A DNA stretch of 64,000 bases from Azolla caroliniana (GCA_043228905.1 JBHGNT010000008.1:12462001-12526000); one strand, 5' to 3'. Counted from the first letter of the stretch, positions 1-11,800 are shown. Program-made: numbers and translations. Notes: generated by a model not told the origin, from the letters alone.

Positions 1-452
1 TTATATGAAGGTCTCCTCTACTAGATAACTTTCCCTTGCTTTCTTTTTTACGCTTTTTTTAGAAGTTTTCCTTCTCCTATTCGTATGTATGACACAACGA
101 TCTTCTAATCATCATATCTCCCTCATCCACACTTTAAATTTAGAGATTTAAAATGCTATGGATAGCTCTCATTATAATCTTTCCAACCTGTATATGAACA
201 TGATATTTGGCTTCAAAACAAACGAGTTATGAGCATTCATTTCAGACTGGGTTTTAGTGGCCCACTTTTTTCTTCTTTTACTTTTCTCCATGTGTCTTGC
301 AATTAGTTTAACCTATCCTCAAGACCTTGGTTCATGTTCTTGAACTCTGGATGTGAATGCTCCATACCTTATATTCTTGTAGTGTTCAATACCTTGAATT
401 CTAAAAACACTTTCACATTATGGTGCCCTATGATGATGTGCCTTGTGTGTTT

Positions 453-930
453 CTAGATGTATTGTGCTAGAGTTTTGAGGGGCAAATTCTTGCGCAACAC
501 CGTATGTTCCCGCTTTGAATGACTTTCTCGGTCACCTTGTTTGCTCAAAAGGCCCATCTCAACTCCTTCGCTCTTGTGACTCTGGTGCTTCTCGACCCAT
601 TGGCTCCTTCGTGTCGGTGTTGACGTCTGCTGCCTTGTATTCCGCTTGGCCTTCATGTGAACCAACTCCTCCGAATAGAACTGTTCAACCGAATTGGCTA
701 CCTTCGATTCGTTCCCGTTGTTGTCTGAATTAACTGTCTCCAATTCATCTTCATTCTTCAGGCCCTTCACCACATCAGACTATGTCCTGGTCCTAGCCTT
801 CATTTTCTGATCAGCTCTATCCTTCTTGTCTCTGTCGTTGTTTCCTCTTTCTCTGTCTTTATTTGATGTCTTGATTTCTTTAGTCGACTCGGCTCCCTTT
901 ATTTAATTTTCGTTCTCCTTCTCTCTGGTT
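453..930 (-). mobile_element. Fragment of a Copia 3' region (post-RNase H extension), same family as 21208-21760 and 27663-28122
   Basis: Minus ORF 453-773 (VKGLKNEDELETVNSD...) matches KGLKTEEELETTNSN at 27814-28122 and the homologous stretch near 21400-21500. Boundaries approximate. Confidence 0.55.
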
Positions 931-1345
931 GTTTCTCCGGTGCCTTTACATGTCCTCTCCATTTCTGTCCTCAAGTCCGGAAGCCATCTGGTTAGTCCGG
1001 TTAGTTGGGCCCGAAGGACGAAGGAGAGTGACACCACGTGGCATATGGCATTGGTTCACTAACGAGATGCTACGGAAGCTCGAAATCAGTGGGGGTGGCT
1101 TCCTACTACCCGTAGAGAACCAGTTTCGGAGGATGATCGAGAGTCACGGGAGGGCTTCCGCACCGGAGGAGATGGGGTGCATCGACCCAGCCATCGTCGA
1201 ACCGATGGTGATATTCACAATACCCCATGTACCGTTGTCGTGAAGTACGAAAGCTTCACATTAAAAATCTACAATAAGATAAATACGTAACTAAAATAAC
1301 ATTTGATAATGTTTTATATATAAAGATAATATTAACAACACATAT

Positions 1346-1370
1346 GGGTGAAAGCATGCGAGTGGAAACA
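1346..1370 (+). repeat. Left TIR GGGTGAAAGCATGCGAGTGGAAACA
   Basis: Reverse complement matches 13569-13593 with one mismatch. Confidence 0.95.
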
Positions 1371-1698
1371 ATTAGCTATGTCCTTGACATAGCTAATTAG
1401 CTATGCAAAAAGCTACCATTGATAAATAGTCATTTTAGTAAAAAGCCATCATTAATAAATTAAGTATGCAAAAAACTACCATTGAAAATACTAGAGTGTT
1501 TTAATTACATATGTAAATGAGTGCCATAAATGTGCAACATAAATTGATGTGTGCACCATAAATGTGTACCATAAATTATATATCGAATTCCTAGGTCCAT
1601 TATGCATGATCCTTTGCCACATCACGTAGGCCATCTCTAGTTGAGTACTGTGGGTTAGTTGCTACCACTGTTGCTAAACCCTATCGAGTCCACCTGCC

Positions 1699-2440
1699 GC
1701 CACTCTACACTGAGGGGCTGCTACTGTGCGTTCCAAGCATCATCAAAGAGCTGCTCAATCTGACGGGGTTCTCTTCTCTGTGACACTCTACACTCAGGGG
1801 CCACTATTGTGCATTCCAAGCATCATCAAAGAGTTGTTCAATCTGACGGGGTTCTCTTCTTTGTGCCACTCTACACTCAGGGGCCATTACTGTGCGTTCC
1901 AAGCATCATCAAAGAGCTGTTCAATCTGAGGGGGTTCTCTTCTCTGTGCCACTCTACACTCAGGGGCCATTACTGTGCGTTCCAAGCATCATCAAAGAGC
2001 TGTTCAATCTGAGGGGGTTCTCTTCTCTGTGCCACTCTACACTCAGGGGCCGCTGCTGTGCGTTCCAAGCATCATCAAAGAGTTGTTCAATCTGACGGGG
2101 TTCTCTTCTCTTTGCCACTCTACACTCAGGGGTTGCTACTGTGCGTTCCAAGCATAATCGAAGAGCTATTCAATCTGACGGGGTTCTCTTCTCTTTTCCA
2201 CTCTCACTCAGGGGCCGCTACTGTGCGTTTCAAGCATCATTGGTAACTGTTCAATCTGACGGGGTTCTCTTCTCTTTTCCACTCTCACTCAGGGGCCGCT
2301 ACTATGCGTTTCAAGCATCATTGGTAACTGTTCAATCTGACGGGGTTCTCTTCTCTATGCCACTCTATTCTCAAGTGCCTTCTATGTGCGTTTCAAGCAT
2401 CATCGGTAACTGTTCAATCTGACGGGGTTCTCTCCTCCAT
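1699..2440. repeat. 83-bp tandem repeat (~9 copies, last ones ~81 bp, decaying further to ~2560)
   Basis: Unit CCACTCTACACTCAGGGGCC...CAAGCATCATCAAAGAGCTGTTCAATCTGACGGGGTTCTCTTCTCTGTG recurs at 83-bp spacing (ORF-track starts 1726, 1809, 1892, 1975, 2058, 2141). Confidence 0.95.
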
Positions 2441-2768
2441 TGCCATCATTCTATACTCAGTTGCCACTACTGTCCAGTCCCGGATTGCTTCCACATTTCG
2501 ATTTGACGGAGTTCACTCATCCAACGGCAACATTCTACACTCAGTTGTTGCCATTGGTCGGTCTTGGATCGCCTCCTCAACTGTTGGATCCAACAGAGTG
2601 AAATCCTCTACTGTTCGGTCTTGGATTGCAATAACTTTTCTGTCTATTGATTATCTTGTGTATTGTTGTGTCTAATCTTGTGTATTGTGTGGAATATTTT
2701 TGTGTATTGTTGTTGCCCATAGCCATCTTTAATACTTGTTTTTTTTTCTGGAAATTTAGGGTTTTAAC

Positions 2769-5700
2769 ATGTCTAGCCAAATGGAAGGGGAAGAAGGGTG
2801 TTTAGAATTACCCCTCAATGATCATAAGGATAGGGATGATGTTATCAGGACACAACAAGCCATACGAAACTATTGGGCAGAAAAAAAAAGGAAACATCGT
2901 CAATTGTTGAAGGATACGAAAGCCACACTCAGTAAAGGTAAGGATAGTTTAGATGAGAATGTAAGTAATGCGACTACCATCATAGAGAGAAAGGTTGTAG
3001 ACTATTTCAATGTTCAAACCAAGCACATCAGCAATGAAGAAAAGAAGGTAGTACTTTATGGAATATGTAATGATCCATCGATAAAGGACTTAGTTGATTG
3101 TGATGGTCTTAATGCAAACATATCATCTATTTTAGTAAATAATCTTCGTAATAGTTTCGTATCCATGAGCAGGTCAGAAGATGATCTTGTCTTAAAAAGG
3201 TCTAGTCTAATGATGTTACTTAATAGTGATGTTGACGATATAAACATCAGTGAGCTATCTAAGGTAATTGGTGTTAGTAGAAAAACAGTGTACAATACAA
3301 TGAACCGTATAATTTCCTCGGGTGAAGGAACTAGTCTACTAAAGCTAACTACAAGATGTAAGCCAATGACACCCATAACATTTGAAATCAAGGATGTAAT
3401 CACAATGTTTTGGACTAATGAGAGTAGGGTTTCACCCAATAAAAAGGATTTATGCAGGAAACGTGTTGGAAGAAATCAATACGAGGAGCATCCCATTCAT
3501 CTTCTTGATGTACCTCAGGTATTTACATTTATCTCAACATTTGTTTTGACTCTACTCGGAAAGTTAATTAGCTCAGTTAGCAGAAAAGCTAATTAGCTTA
3601 TCAGTTACATTTACCTCAGTTAGCTACTAGGATCGCTACTACATAGGTAACTAGCTACTCTCAATAGTTACTACCATGATAGCTAATTAGCTATTCTCAA
3701 TAGCTAATTTAGGTACTACCAGATAATTAGCTGTACTGCTAGCTAGTTAGCTATCATGGTAGCTAGTTAGCTATTTCGTTATTACCAGCTAATTAGCTAC
3801 TAGGAAAGCTAATTAGCTACCATGATAGCTAATTAGCTACTATGATAGCTACTACATAGGTAACTGGCTACTCTCAATAGCTACTACCATGATAGCTAAT
3901 TAGTTAGGATAGCTAATTAGCCACCATTATAGCTAATTAGCTACTAGACCAGCTAATTAGCTACCATGATAGCTAATTAGTTACTATGACAGCTAATTAG
4001 CCACCGTGATAGCTAATTAGCTACCATGATAGCTAATTAGCTACTATACCAGCTAATTAGCTACCATGATAGCTAATTAGCTACTATACCAGCTAATTAG
4101 CTACCATGATAGCTAATTAGCTACTATACCAGCTAATTAGCTACTATACCAGCTAATTAGCTACCATGATAGCTAATTAGTTACTAGGAAAGCTAATCAG
4201 CCACCATTATAGCTAATTAGCTACTAGACTAGCTAATTAGCTACCACGATAGCTAATTAGCTACTAGACCAGCTAATTAGCTACCATGATAGCTAATTAG
4301 TTACTAGGAAAGCTAATTAGCCACCATGATAGCTAATTAGCTAGTAGACAAGCTAATTAGCCACCATGATAGCTAATTAGCTACTAGGACAACTAATTAG
4401 CTACTAGGACAGCTAATTAGCTACCATGATAGCTAATTAGCTACTACGACAGCTAATTAGCTACCATGATAGCTAATTAGCTACTAGAATAGCTAATTAG
4501 CTACCATGATAGCTAATTAGCTACTATGACAGCTAATTAGCTACCATGATAGCTAATTAGCTACTACGACAGCTAATTAGCTACCATGATAGCTAATTAG
4601 CTACTAGAATAGCTAATTAGCTACCATGATAGCTAATTAGCTACTAGGACAACCAATTAGCTACTAGAATAGCTAATTAGCTACCATGATAGCTAATTAG
4701 CTACTACGACATCTAATTAGCTACCATGATAGCTAATTAGCTACTAGGACAACCAATTAGCTACTAGGACAGCTAATTAGCTACCATGATAGCTAATTAG
4801 CTACTACGACAGCTAATTAGCTACCATGATAGCTAATTAGCTACTAGAATAGCTAATTAGCTACCATGATAGCTAATTAGCTACTACGACAGCTAATTAA
4901 CTACCATGATAGCTAATTAGCTACTAGGACAACTAATTAGCTACCATGATAGCTAATTAGCTACTAGAATAGCTAACTAGCTACTAGAATAGCTAATTAG
5001 CTACTAGGATAGTTAGCTAGTTACGAGAATAACTAATTCCCCTTTATTACGCAGGTCGATTTATTTATTAGGTTCAAACGAATGCATCCAACTATCAAAG
5101 TTCAACTACGAACATTCGAGTCTCTTAAGCCACACTTTGTGAGACGCTTAAAGGATCGATACACATGTTGTTGCATTTACCATGTACAGATGGGTTTTCT
5201 GAAGGACTCTGTTAATCTACTACGTCACCATAGCGCATCCCTAACTAATACAGTTTGCACATGTGGGTGCCAAATCTGTCGATCAAGCCCGCAAGAGGAG
5301 TGTAAATCATCTGAGCACGTTATCTCTTCCATGAGTTATTTATTAGATTCAATATTGTGTCCGAGAGAATCTGACGCTATCTTCCATATTCATAAATGTG
5401 TCATGGGTTTATGTCAAGATTGTGGCCCTACTAGATTTAGGTGGTGTCCAAATGAATTGAGTAGTGAAATATTGATCTCTGTGAAGTTATTTGAGTCAGT
5501 GAACACCAATTTCGAAGGAAAGGTGTGTAAAAGAAAGGATCTAGTTCGGAAGATGCTTAAACCAAGGGATTTGGTGTCTCTGTTTGTAGTATCTCTAGGA
5601 AAGTTCATTAAACACAACTTCATTTATTCATGGCAGGCCCATCAGTTTAAGACTTGCATATCTGATTTCCCAAATGATGTAGTAGTCTCAGTAGTAGATT

Positions 5701-6896
5701 TCGCAGAGAATTATACTTTCAAGCAGCAGAATGAAATTCAATCTATGCATTGGTGTTCAGTTCAGGTAACCATTTTTGTGCACATAACATATTTTCGAGT
5801 TTCAGGTGATGTTAAAAAAGTAATTCATTTCTTTATTTCCGATGATAAGAAGCATGATACCTTGTTCGTCCAACATTGTTTTAAGTTACATTGGCAGTGG
5901 TTATTAGCTCAACGTTTGGAGCTTACTCAACATTGGGTCTGGTCTGACGGAGCTGCGTCACAATTCAAGGCTCGACGTCCATTTTATTTTGTGGGGAGGT
6001 ATCCTGCTATAACAGGTTTGGAGATGAGATGGAATTTTTTTGGGTCTGGCCATGGTAAAGGTGAACATGATGGTGCAGGGGCTGTTATAAAGCGGGCACT
6101 TACCCATGAACAACTAAAGACAGATGGTGTGCACATGAATTGTGCATCACATGTAGTTGAATTTTTAAGAACAAATATGTCGACGAGTGCCACAGGTGTT
6201 TATTCCTCGCAAGTTCGAGATATCAAACGTGAATTTTGGGAAGTGAAGATAGATGAAGTAAATAGGGAGAAGACCTGGGAGTGCCAAGGAATTCCCGAAT
6301 TGCGATCTCTGCATGCTGTTCGCGGTTATTCCAGGTTGGATGGTCATTGTATTGCGGTTAGAGAATTGACTTGTTTTTGCTTCCATTGTGTGCAGGGAAA
6401 TTGGAGATATTGTCTAAACAAAGCATACATTCAGAATTGGGAGTATCACACTCTGAATGATAAGGAAGCAGTTGATGGAGAAACAGGGCAGAATGCTGAC
6501 TTCACATATGAGGGACTTGGAGATACTTTGAGTGATGTCCTGAACGTTGGGGATAACTTCGTTGTAAATGCTGAAGAAGGCAATTCAGAGGGTGCTGATT
6601 TCTATATATTAAAGTGCACGGTTAGTAAACAGTGTGCAAGGCAGAATATTGTAGATGCATGGGGAAATTTTGTATCTGCCGGGACATTCTACATCGAAGG
6701 CATTTTTTATGCAAAACTAGATGACTACGAATATGTGTACAGGCTGTTAGAAGACAAACCAGCAGCGTATATGTACTCTCATTTGGTCAGATGCATCAAC
6801 GTCCCAATGTCAGAATACAATAGCTGCTCCGGTTTATACACTGTTGGTGCTAATGTGTATGAATGTATTTACAATAGTATGCCATGGAATTTGTAG
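2769..6896 (+). CDS. Sola2-type DDD transposase, 2 exons (2769-3518, 5055-6896), 863 aa, intact
   Basis: Donor CAG|GTATTT at 3518/3519, branch CTAAT near 5033, acceptor GCAG| at 5054. The phase-0 join gives HLLDVPQ|VDLFIRFKRMHPTIK...FESLKPHFV. Catalytic-type motifs DFAENY, QNEIQSMHW, WSDGAASQFK, FFGSGHGKGEHDGAGAVIKR, plus Cys-rich segments on both sides. No internal stops. Confidence 0.88.
3570..5030. repeat. Array of the 14-bp palindrome TAGCTAATTAGCTA with 6-bp spacers (20-bp period), filling the transposase intron 3519-5054
   Basis: AGCTAATTAG recurs every 20 bp from about 3890 to 5000. Spacers mostly alternate CCATGA with a variable CTANNN. Confidence 0.97.
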
Positions 6897-7371
6897 CTAC
6901 AAGTAGCACTTACCATGTTCTCTTGTAAAACAAACATGTATTTCGCGAAAACAGATCAATAAATTCGTTTGGAATCAATTTCTTGTATACAGTCTGCTTT
7001 CTGTGCTTCTTTCTCAATAAAATCATGTCTTTTTTGTTAAGTTTTAAGTTATAAGTTATAGCGAAATAGTCATCAGTAGCTAATTAGCTGTACAAATGCA
7101 GCTAATTAGCTGTACAAATGTATTTACAATATTATGCCATGGAATTTGTAGCTACAAGTAGCACTTACCATGTTCTCTTGTAAAACAAACATGTATTTCG
7201 CGAAAACAGATCAATAAATTCGTTTGGAATCAATTTCTTGTATACAGTCTGCTTTCTGTGCTTCTTTCTCAATAAAATCATGTCTTTTTTGTTAAGTTTT
7301 AAGTTATAAGTTATAGCGAAATAGTCATCAGTAGCTAATTAGCTGTACAAATGCAGCTAATTAGCTGTACA
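6862..7371. repeat. 255-bp direct tandem duplication covering the transposase stop and 3' UTR
   Basis: 6862-7116 is repeated at 7117-7371 almost identically, with AATGTA microhomology at the junctions. Confidence 0.92.
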
Positions 7372-7520
7372 AATGTAGCTAATTAGCTGTCAATAGCTAA
7401 ATAGTCATCAATAGAATGAAATCAACAATCTGCAACATATTCCTCAAATTACATAGTAGATAAGTACAGTGGGAACAAGTAATTAAATTCTTCATTGAAT
7501 AATGTCATCTCTTTACATAT

Positions 7521-8654
7521 TTATAAATTACCATTGGAAATGTCTACAAATCTCCTATAAACAGCTAAGCTCTTGCTAGTCAGTGGAAGGAGTCTACATA
7601 TATTATCCGCATATTGAGCTCGGTATGGAGTCCACAACCATGCACCTAGTTGGCAGCTCACTGTTTGCACCAGGTACTGTTCAGGCATTTCCTCGGGTAG
7701 AATGAGACAGCATCTCCGAATATTGAAGTAGTGTCGGAAATGTTCTGTATCCAAAATCAATGTATTGTCAGCATTATATTCAGGCCAAGTAGCCCAAAAA
7801 TCAGAAAGCCTCTTGAATCTTGCAGCTTCCATCTGCTCACAATTTTCTCGTGCCCATTGACCTTTAAAACGACTTCGCCATTTTGGGAAGAATCTTGCCA
7901 AACACTTCCACACATCTGATTTTGGTTTCTCACTCCAAATAAACAAATCGAAGTACTCCGCAGCCCACTCTAGAAACTGATTTGCGTCCCTCCTTGGCTG
8001 CATATATCTCACACTCATCAAGACTTTATCCAGCTCCAAGATCAAGGCTCTTCGCTCGACTTCTAGTGGTTTAGGTTTCCATTCCTGAAACTGAGCCGCT
8101 GTTACACCATTTTCTGGTAGGATACGATCAATCTCAATCAGCTCAGGTTCGGCTGACACAACTGGTGTCCTTTTACTCTTTAAACCCCTAGTCGACTGTG
8201 TTGGGCCTAGCTTCACATTCTGGTGCTCTTGTTTTGTCGACTTAGTTATCAATCCTTGGATTACCTCAGTGCATGTAGCTACTGTTCTGCTCGATATCAA
8301 TCCACTGGTATCACATGCTGCATCTACCTGCAACACCAAGTCATCCGTGCTACATGCTGCATCTACCTGCAACACCAAGTCATCCGTGCTACATGCTGCA
8401 TCTACCTGCAACACCAAGTCATCCGTGCTACATGCTTGATCAACTTGTGTGACCAGATCACTTGTGTCAGTTGCTACATCTACTTTCAAGATGGGGCCCT
8501 TTAAACATGCCGCAACATCAACAGTATCCACACTGCCATTGGCCTTACGAGCAATAGAATCAAACCCTTTAGACTCTGCAACATCAGAAAACACCAACAT
8601 ATTCACACTCACAAAGTAACTACTAGTCTCACAAAACAATATCCTGAACATCAA
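7521..8654 (-). CDS. Protein or exon with 13-aa repeats and a C-terminal FCP1/SCP/NIF-like HAD phosphatase domain, probably catalytically degenerate
   Basis: ALILELDKVL (cf. LVLDLDETL), RRDANQFLEW...FDLFIWS, WARENC, FKRLSDFW...PEYNADNTLILDT follow the NIF-domain pattern. Likely splice acceptor TTGCAG| at 8576/8575; the true 5' end is unresolved. Confidence 0.7.
   Translation of the reverse strand: MMFRILFCETSSYFVSVNMLVFSDVAESKGFDSIARKANGSVDTVDVAACLKGPILKVDVATDTSDLVTQVDQACSTDDLVLQVDAACSTDDLVLQVDAACSTDDLVLQVDAACDTSGLISSRTVATCTEVIQGLITKSTKQEHQNVKLGPTQSTRGLKSKRTPVVSAEPELIEIDRILPENGVTAAQFQEWKPKPLEVERRALILELDKVLMSVRYMQPRRDANQFLEWAAEYFDLFIWSEKPKSDVWKCLARFFPKWRSRFKGQWARENCEQMEAARFKRLSDFWATWPEYNADNTLILDTEHFRHYFNIRRCCLILPEEMPEQYLVQTVSCQLGAWLWTPYRAQYADNICRLLPLTSKSLAVYRRFVDISNGNL
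8310..8490 (-). repeat. 39-bp coding tandem repeat (TDDLVLQVDAACS), 3 near-perfect plus 2-3 degenerate copies
   Basis: CATGCTGCATCTACCTGCAACACCAAGTCATCCGTGCTA is repeated, and the repeat is visible in the 7521-8654 translation. Confidence 0.9.
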
Positions 8655-8824
8655 AGAGTTTCAGTCATAGAACAACACTCTTCAAATTATCTTGGAAAAA
8701 CATCATAGAGTTCCATTACATAATGTGGATCAAGCAACAACCAATCTGAGGTTTTACTTGTCCAACAGGATAGTAAAACTTCATAAAACCCTAGCAAAAT
8801 CCCTAAGCTAACAATCATATCCAA

Positions 8825-11800
8825 CTAAACAGTATTTCGCTCCACTACGTCTGGGCCCCTTGACCGAGTAACTGGTCTTGTTCCCGATCGTGGCCCCTTC
8901 TTCAGCCTTTTTCTGGTTGGTTCCCCATTTAGCCTTGCTTCTAGGACCCAATGCGCAAGTGTGTCCTCCTCCGACAACCTTCCCATCGCCTCAGCAGCTA
9001 ATTGCACATCAGCCGTTTCTTGAACTAGCTTTTCAAGTACAGAGGGATCTGTTTGGACATTTTTAGTAGTTGGGCTCGGTGGGGTGGAATCAAGGTCTTG
9101 AGACTCGAAGAAATGTTGCATCAAGTGTTCATAAACACTGTTGTTGTGAACCTCAGTTTTACATGTTGTTTCCACTATTTCATGGCATTTCACATCGTTG
9201 CCTAATTCAGTACACTGTTCCAAAAGAATAGGGTGCAGCTGATCTGAAGGAGATGTGATAGCAGGACTCTTACTTTCAGCCACATTGGCAGTAGTATCCT
9301 CATCTGTTGCAGCATCATCAGCACCAGACACATCATGTGCCGTCCTTAATCCACAAGATTCTACAATAACATGACAGTTATTTAGGATAGCTAATTAGCT
9401 ACTTTACTAAACTATGGTAGAAGCTAGGATAGCTAATTAGCTAGTACGATAGCTAATTAGCAAGTATGATAGCTAATTAGCAAGTATGATAGCTAATTAG
9501 GTACTTTACTCAACTATGGTAGTAGTTAGGATAGCTAATTAGGTACTTTACTCAACTATGGTAGTAGTTAGGATAGCTTATTAGCTACTAGGACAGCTAA
9601 TTAGCTGCCAGTAGCTAATTAGCTACTAGGATAGCTAATTAGCTGCCAGTAGCTAATTAGCTACTAGGATAGCTTATTAGCTACTTTACACAACTATGGC
9701 AGTAGCTACTAGGATAGCTAATTCGCTAGTAGGATAGCTAATTAGTTTCCAGCAGCTAATTAGCTACTAGGATAGCTAATTAGCTACTAGGATAGCTAAT
9801 TAGTTGCCAGTAGCTAATTAGCTAGTAGGATAGCTAATTAGCTACTTTACTCAACTATGGTAGTAGCTAATTAGCTAGTAGGATAGCTAATTAGCTACTA
9901 GGATAGCTAATTAGCTGCTAGTAGCTAATTAGCTACTAGGATAGCTTATTAGCTACTTTACACAACTATGGCAGTAGCTAATTAGTTACTAGGATAGCTA
10001 ATTAGTTGCCAGTGGCTAATTAGCTAGTAGGATACCTAATTAGCTACTTTACTCAACTATGGTAGTAGCTAATTAGCTAGTACCATAGCTAATTACCTAC
10101 TAGGATAGCTAATTAGCTAGTAGGATAGCTTATTAGCTACTTTACACAACTATAGTAGTAGCTAGGATAGCTAATTAGCTACTATGGTAGCTAATTAGGT
10201 ACTTTACTCAACTATGGTAGTAGCTAGGATAGCTAATTAGCTACTTTACTAACTATGGTAGTAGCTAGGATAGCTAATTAGCTACTTTATTAACTATGGT
10301 GGTAGCTAGGATAGCTAATTAGCTACAATGAAAGCTAATTAGCTACTTTCTCAACTATGTAGTAGCTAGGATAGCTTATTAGCTACTAGGACAGCTAATT
10401 AGCTGCCAGTAGCTAATTAGCTACTAGGATAGCTAATTAGCTACTTTACACAACTATGTCAGTAGCTAATTAGCTACTATGATAGCTAATTAGCTAGTAG
10501 GATAGCTAATTAGCTAGTAGGATAGCTAATTAGTTGCCAGTAGCTAATTAGCTAGTAGGATAGCTAATTAGCTTTTTTACACAACTATGGTACTAGCTAA
10601 TTAGCTAGTACCATAGCTAACTAGCTACTAGGATAGCTTATTAGCTACTTTACACAACTATGTCAGTAGCTAATTAGCTACTATGATAGCTAATTAGCTA
10701 GTAGGATAGCTAATTAGCTAGTAGGATAGCTAATTAGTTGCTAGTAGCTAATTAGCTAGTAGGATAGCTAATTAGCTATTTTACACAACTATGGTACTAG
10801 CTAATTAGCTAGTACCATAGCTAACTAGCTACTAGGATAGCTTATTAGCTACTTTAGACAACTATGTCAGTAGCTAATTAGCTACTATGATAGCTAATTA
10901 GCTAGTAGGATAGCTAATTAGTTGCCAGTAGCTAATTAGCTAGTAGGATAGCTAATTAGCTTTTTTACACAACTATGGTACTAGCTAATTAGCTAGTAGG
11001 ATAGCTAATTAGCTTTCTAGGATAGCTTATTAGCTACTTTACACAACTATGGCAGTAGCTAAATAGTTACTAGGATAGCTAATTAGTTGCCAGTGGCTAA
11101 TTAGCTAGTAGGATAGCTATTTAGCTTTTTTACACAACTATGGTACTAGCTAATTAGCTAGTACCATAGCTAATTAGCTACTAGGATAGCTAATTAGCTA
11201 GTAGCTCATTAGCTGCCAGTCGCTAATTAGCTAGTAGGATAGCTAATTAGAAAAGACTAAGCTTATTAGCTACAGTATGGTATACCTGTTTGTTTTCTCC
11301 ACTCATTTGGTAGAGTTGTACTGCAATCTCCCAAACAGAATGCAGCAATTCGACAGGCATGTTGAAAACAAAGCAGATGGTATGTGTGGTTGCATGGTTG
11401 TAGGTGAACCAACAAAGACGCAGTTTTGTCCTCCACACCTAACCCGCAAGCGATGCAACGTGCTTGAACTGTCAATAAATCATTTTCTGGTTCTACTTCA
11501 TTTGGTAAGGGAGCAAGAATGTTCAGGTCCAAATCCTATCTGGTCCTTACCATTCCCTCCACAAAATGTAGCTTCTTCTTAAGGCAGCTAACTACCTGTT
11601 CTTGATGAATGTATTGTTCCTTCAACGCAACAGAGAAATTTACCGATTAATTATTCTTGTTGTTGAAAGATACACCAACTTTGCTCAGGAATCGTTAACT
11701 TACTTGAAGCTTATCCAAATTGTAATCTGCAACAGTATTTACACCTAGAAGGTCCAGGTTCATTGAAAGAACCTGGATCTCTATTTGCAGTTCTATTTTA

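Noticed and set aside
1726-2422. Series of 60-90-aa ORFs (MRSKHHQR...)
   Set aside because: These are by-products of the 83-bp tandem repeat; the period is not a multiple of 3 and no domain is recognisable.
3519-3596. ORF 2769-3596 as a standalone 275-aa gene
   Set aside because: The last 25 codons are intron read-through; splicing at 3518 restores the contiguous transposase motif.
8576-8827. A definite splice joining the RING gene to the NIF exon
   Set aside because: No convincing phase-1 donor exists before the TAG at 8827-8825, so linkage is left unresolved.
3570-11272. Palindromic repeat plus variable spacer arrays as CRISPR
   Set aside because: Repeats are 14 bp with mostly 4-6-bp recurrent spacers, there are no cas-like ORFs, and the arrays lie in spliceosomal introns of a eukaryotic TE.
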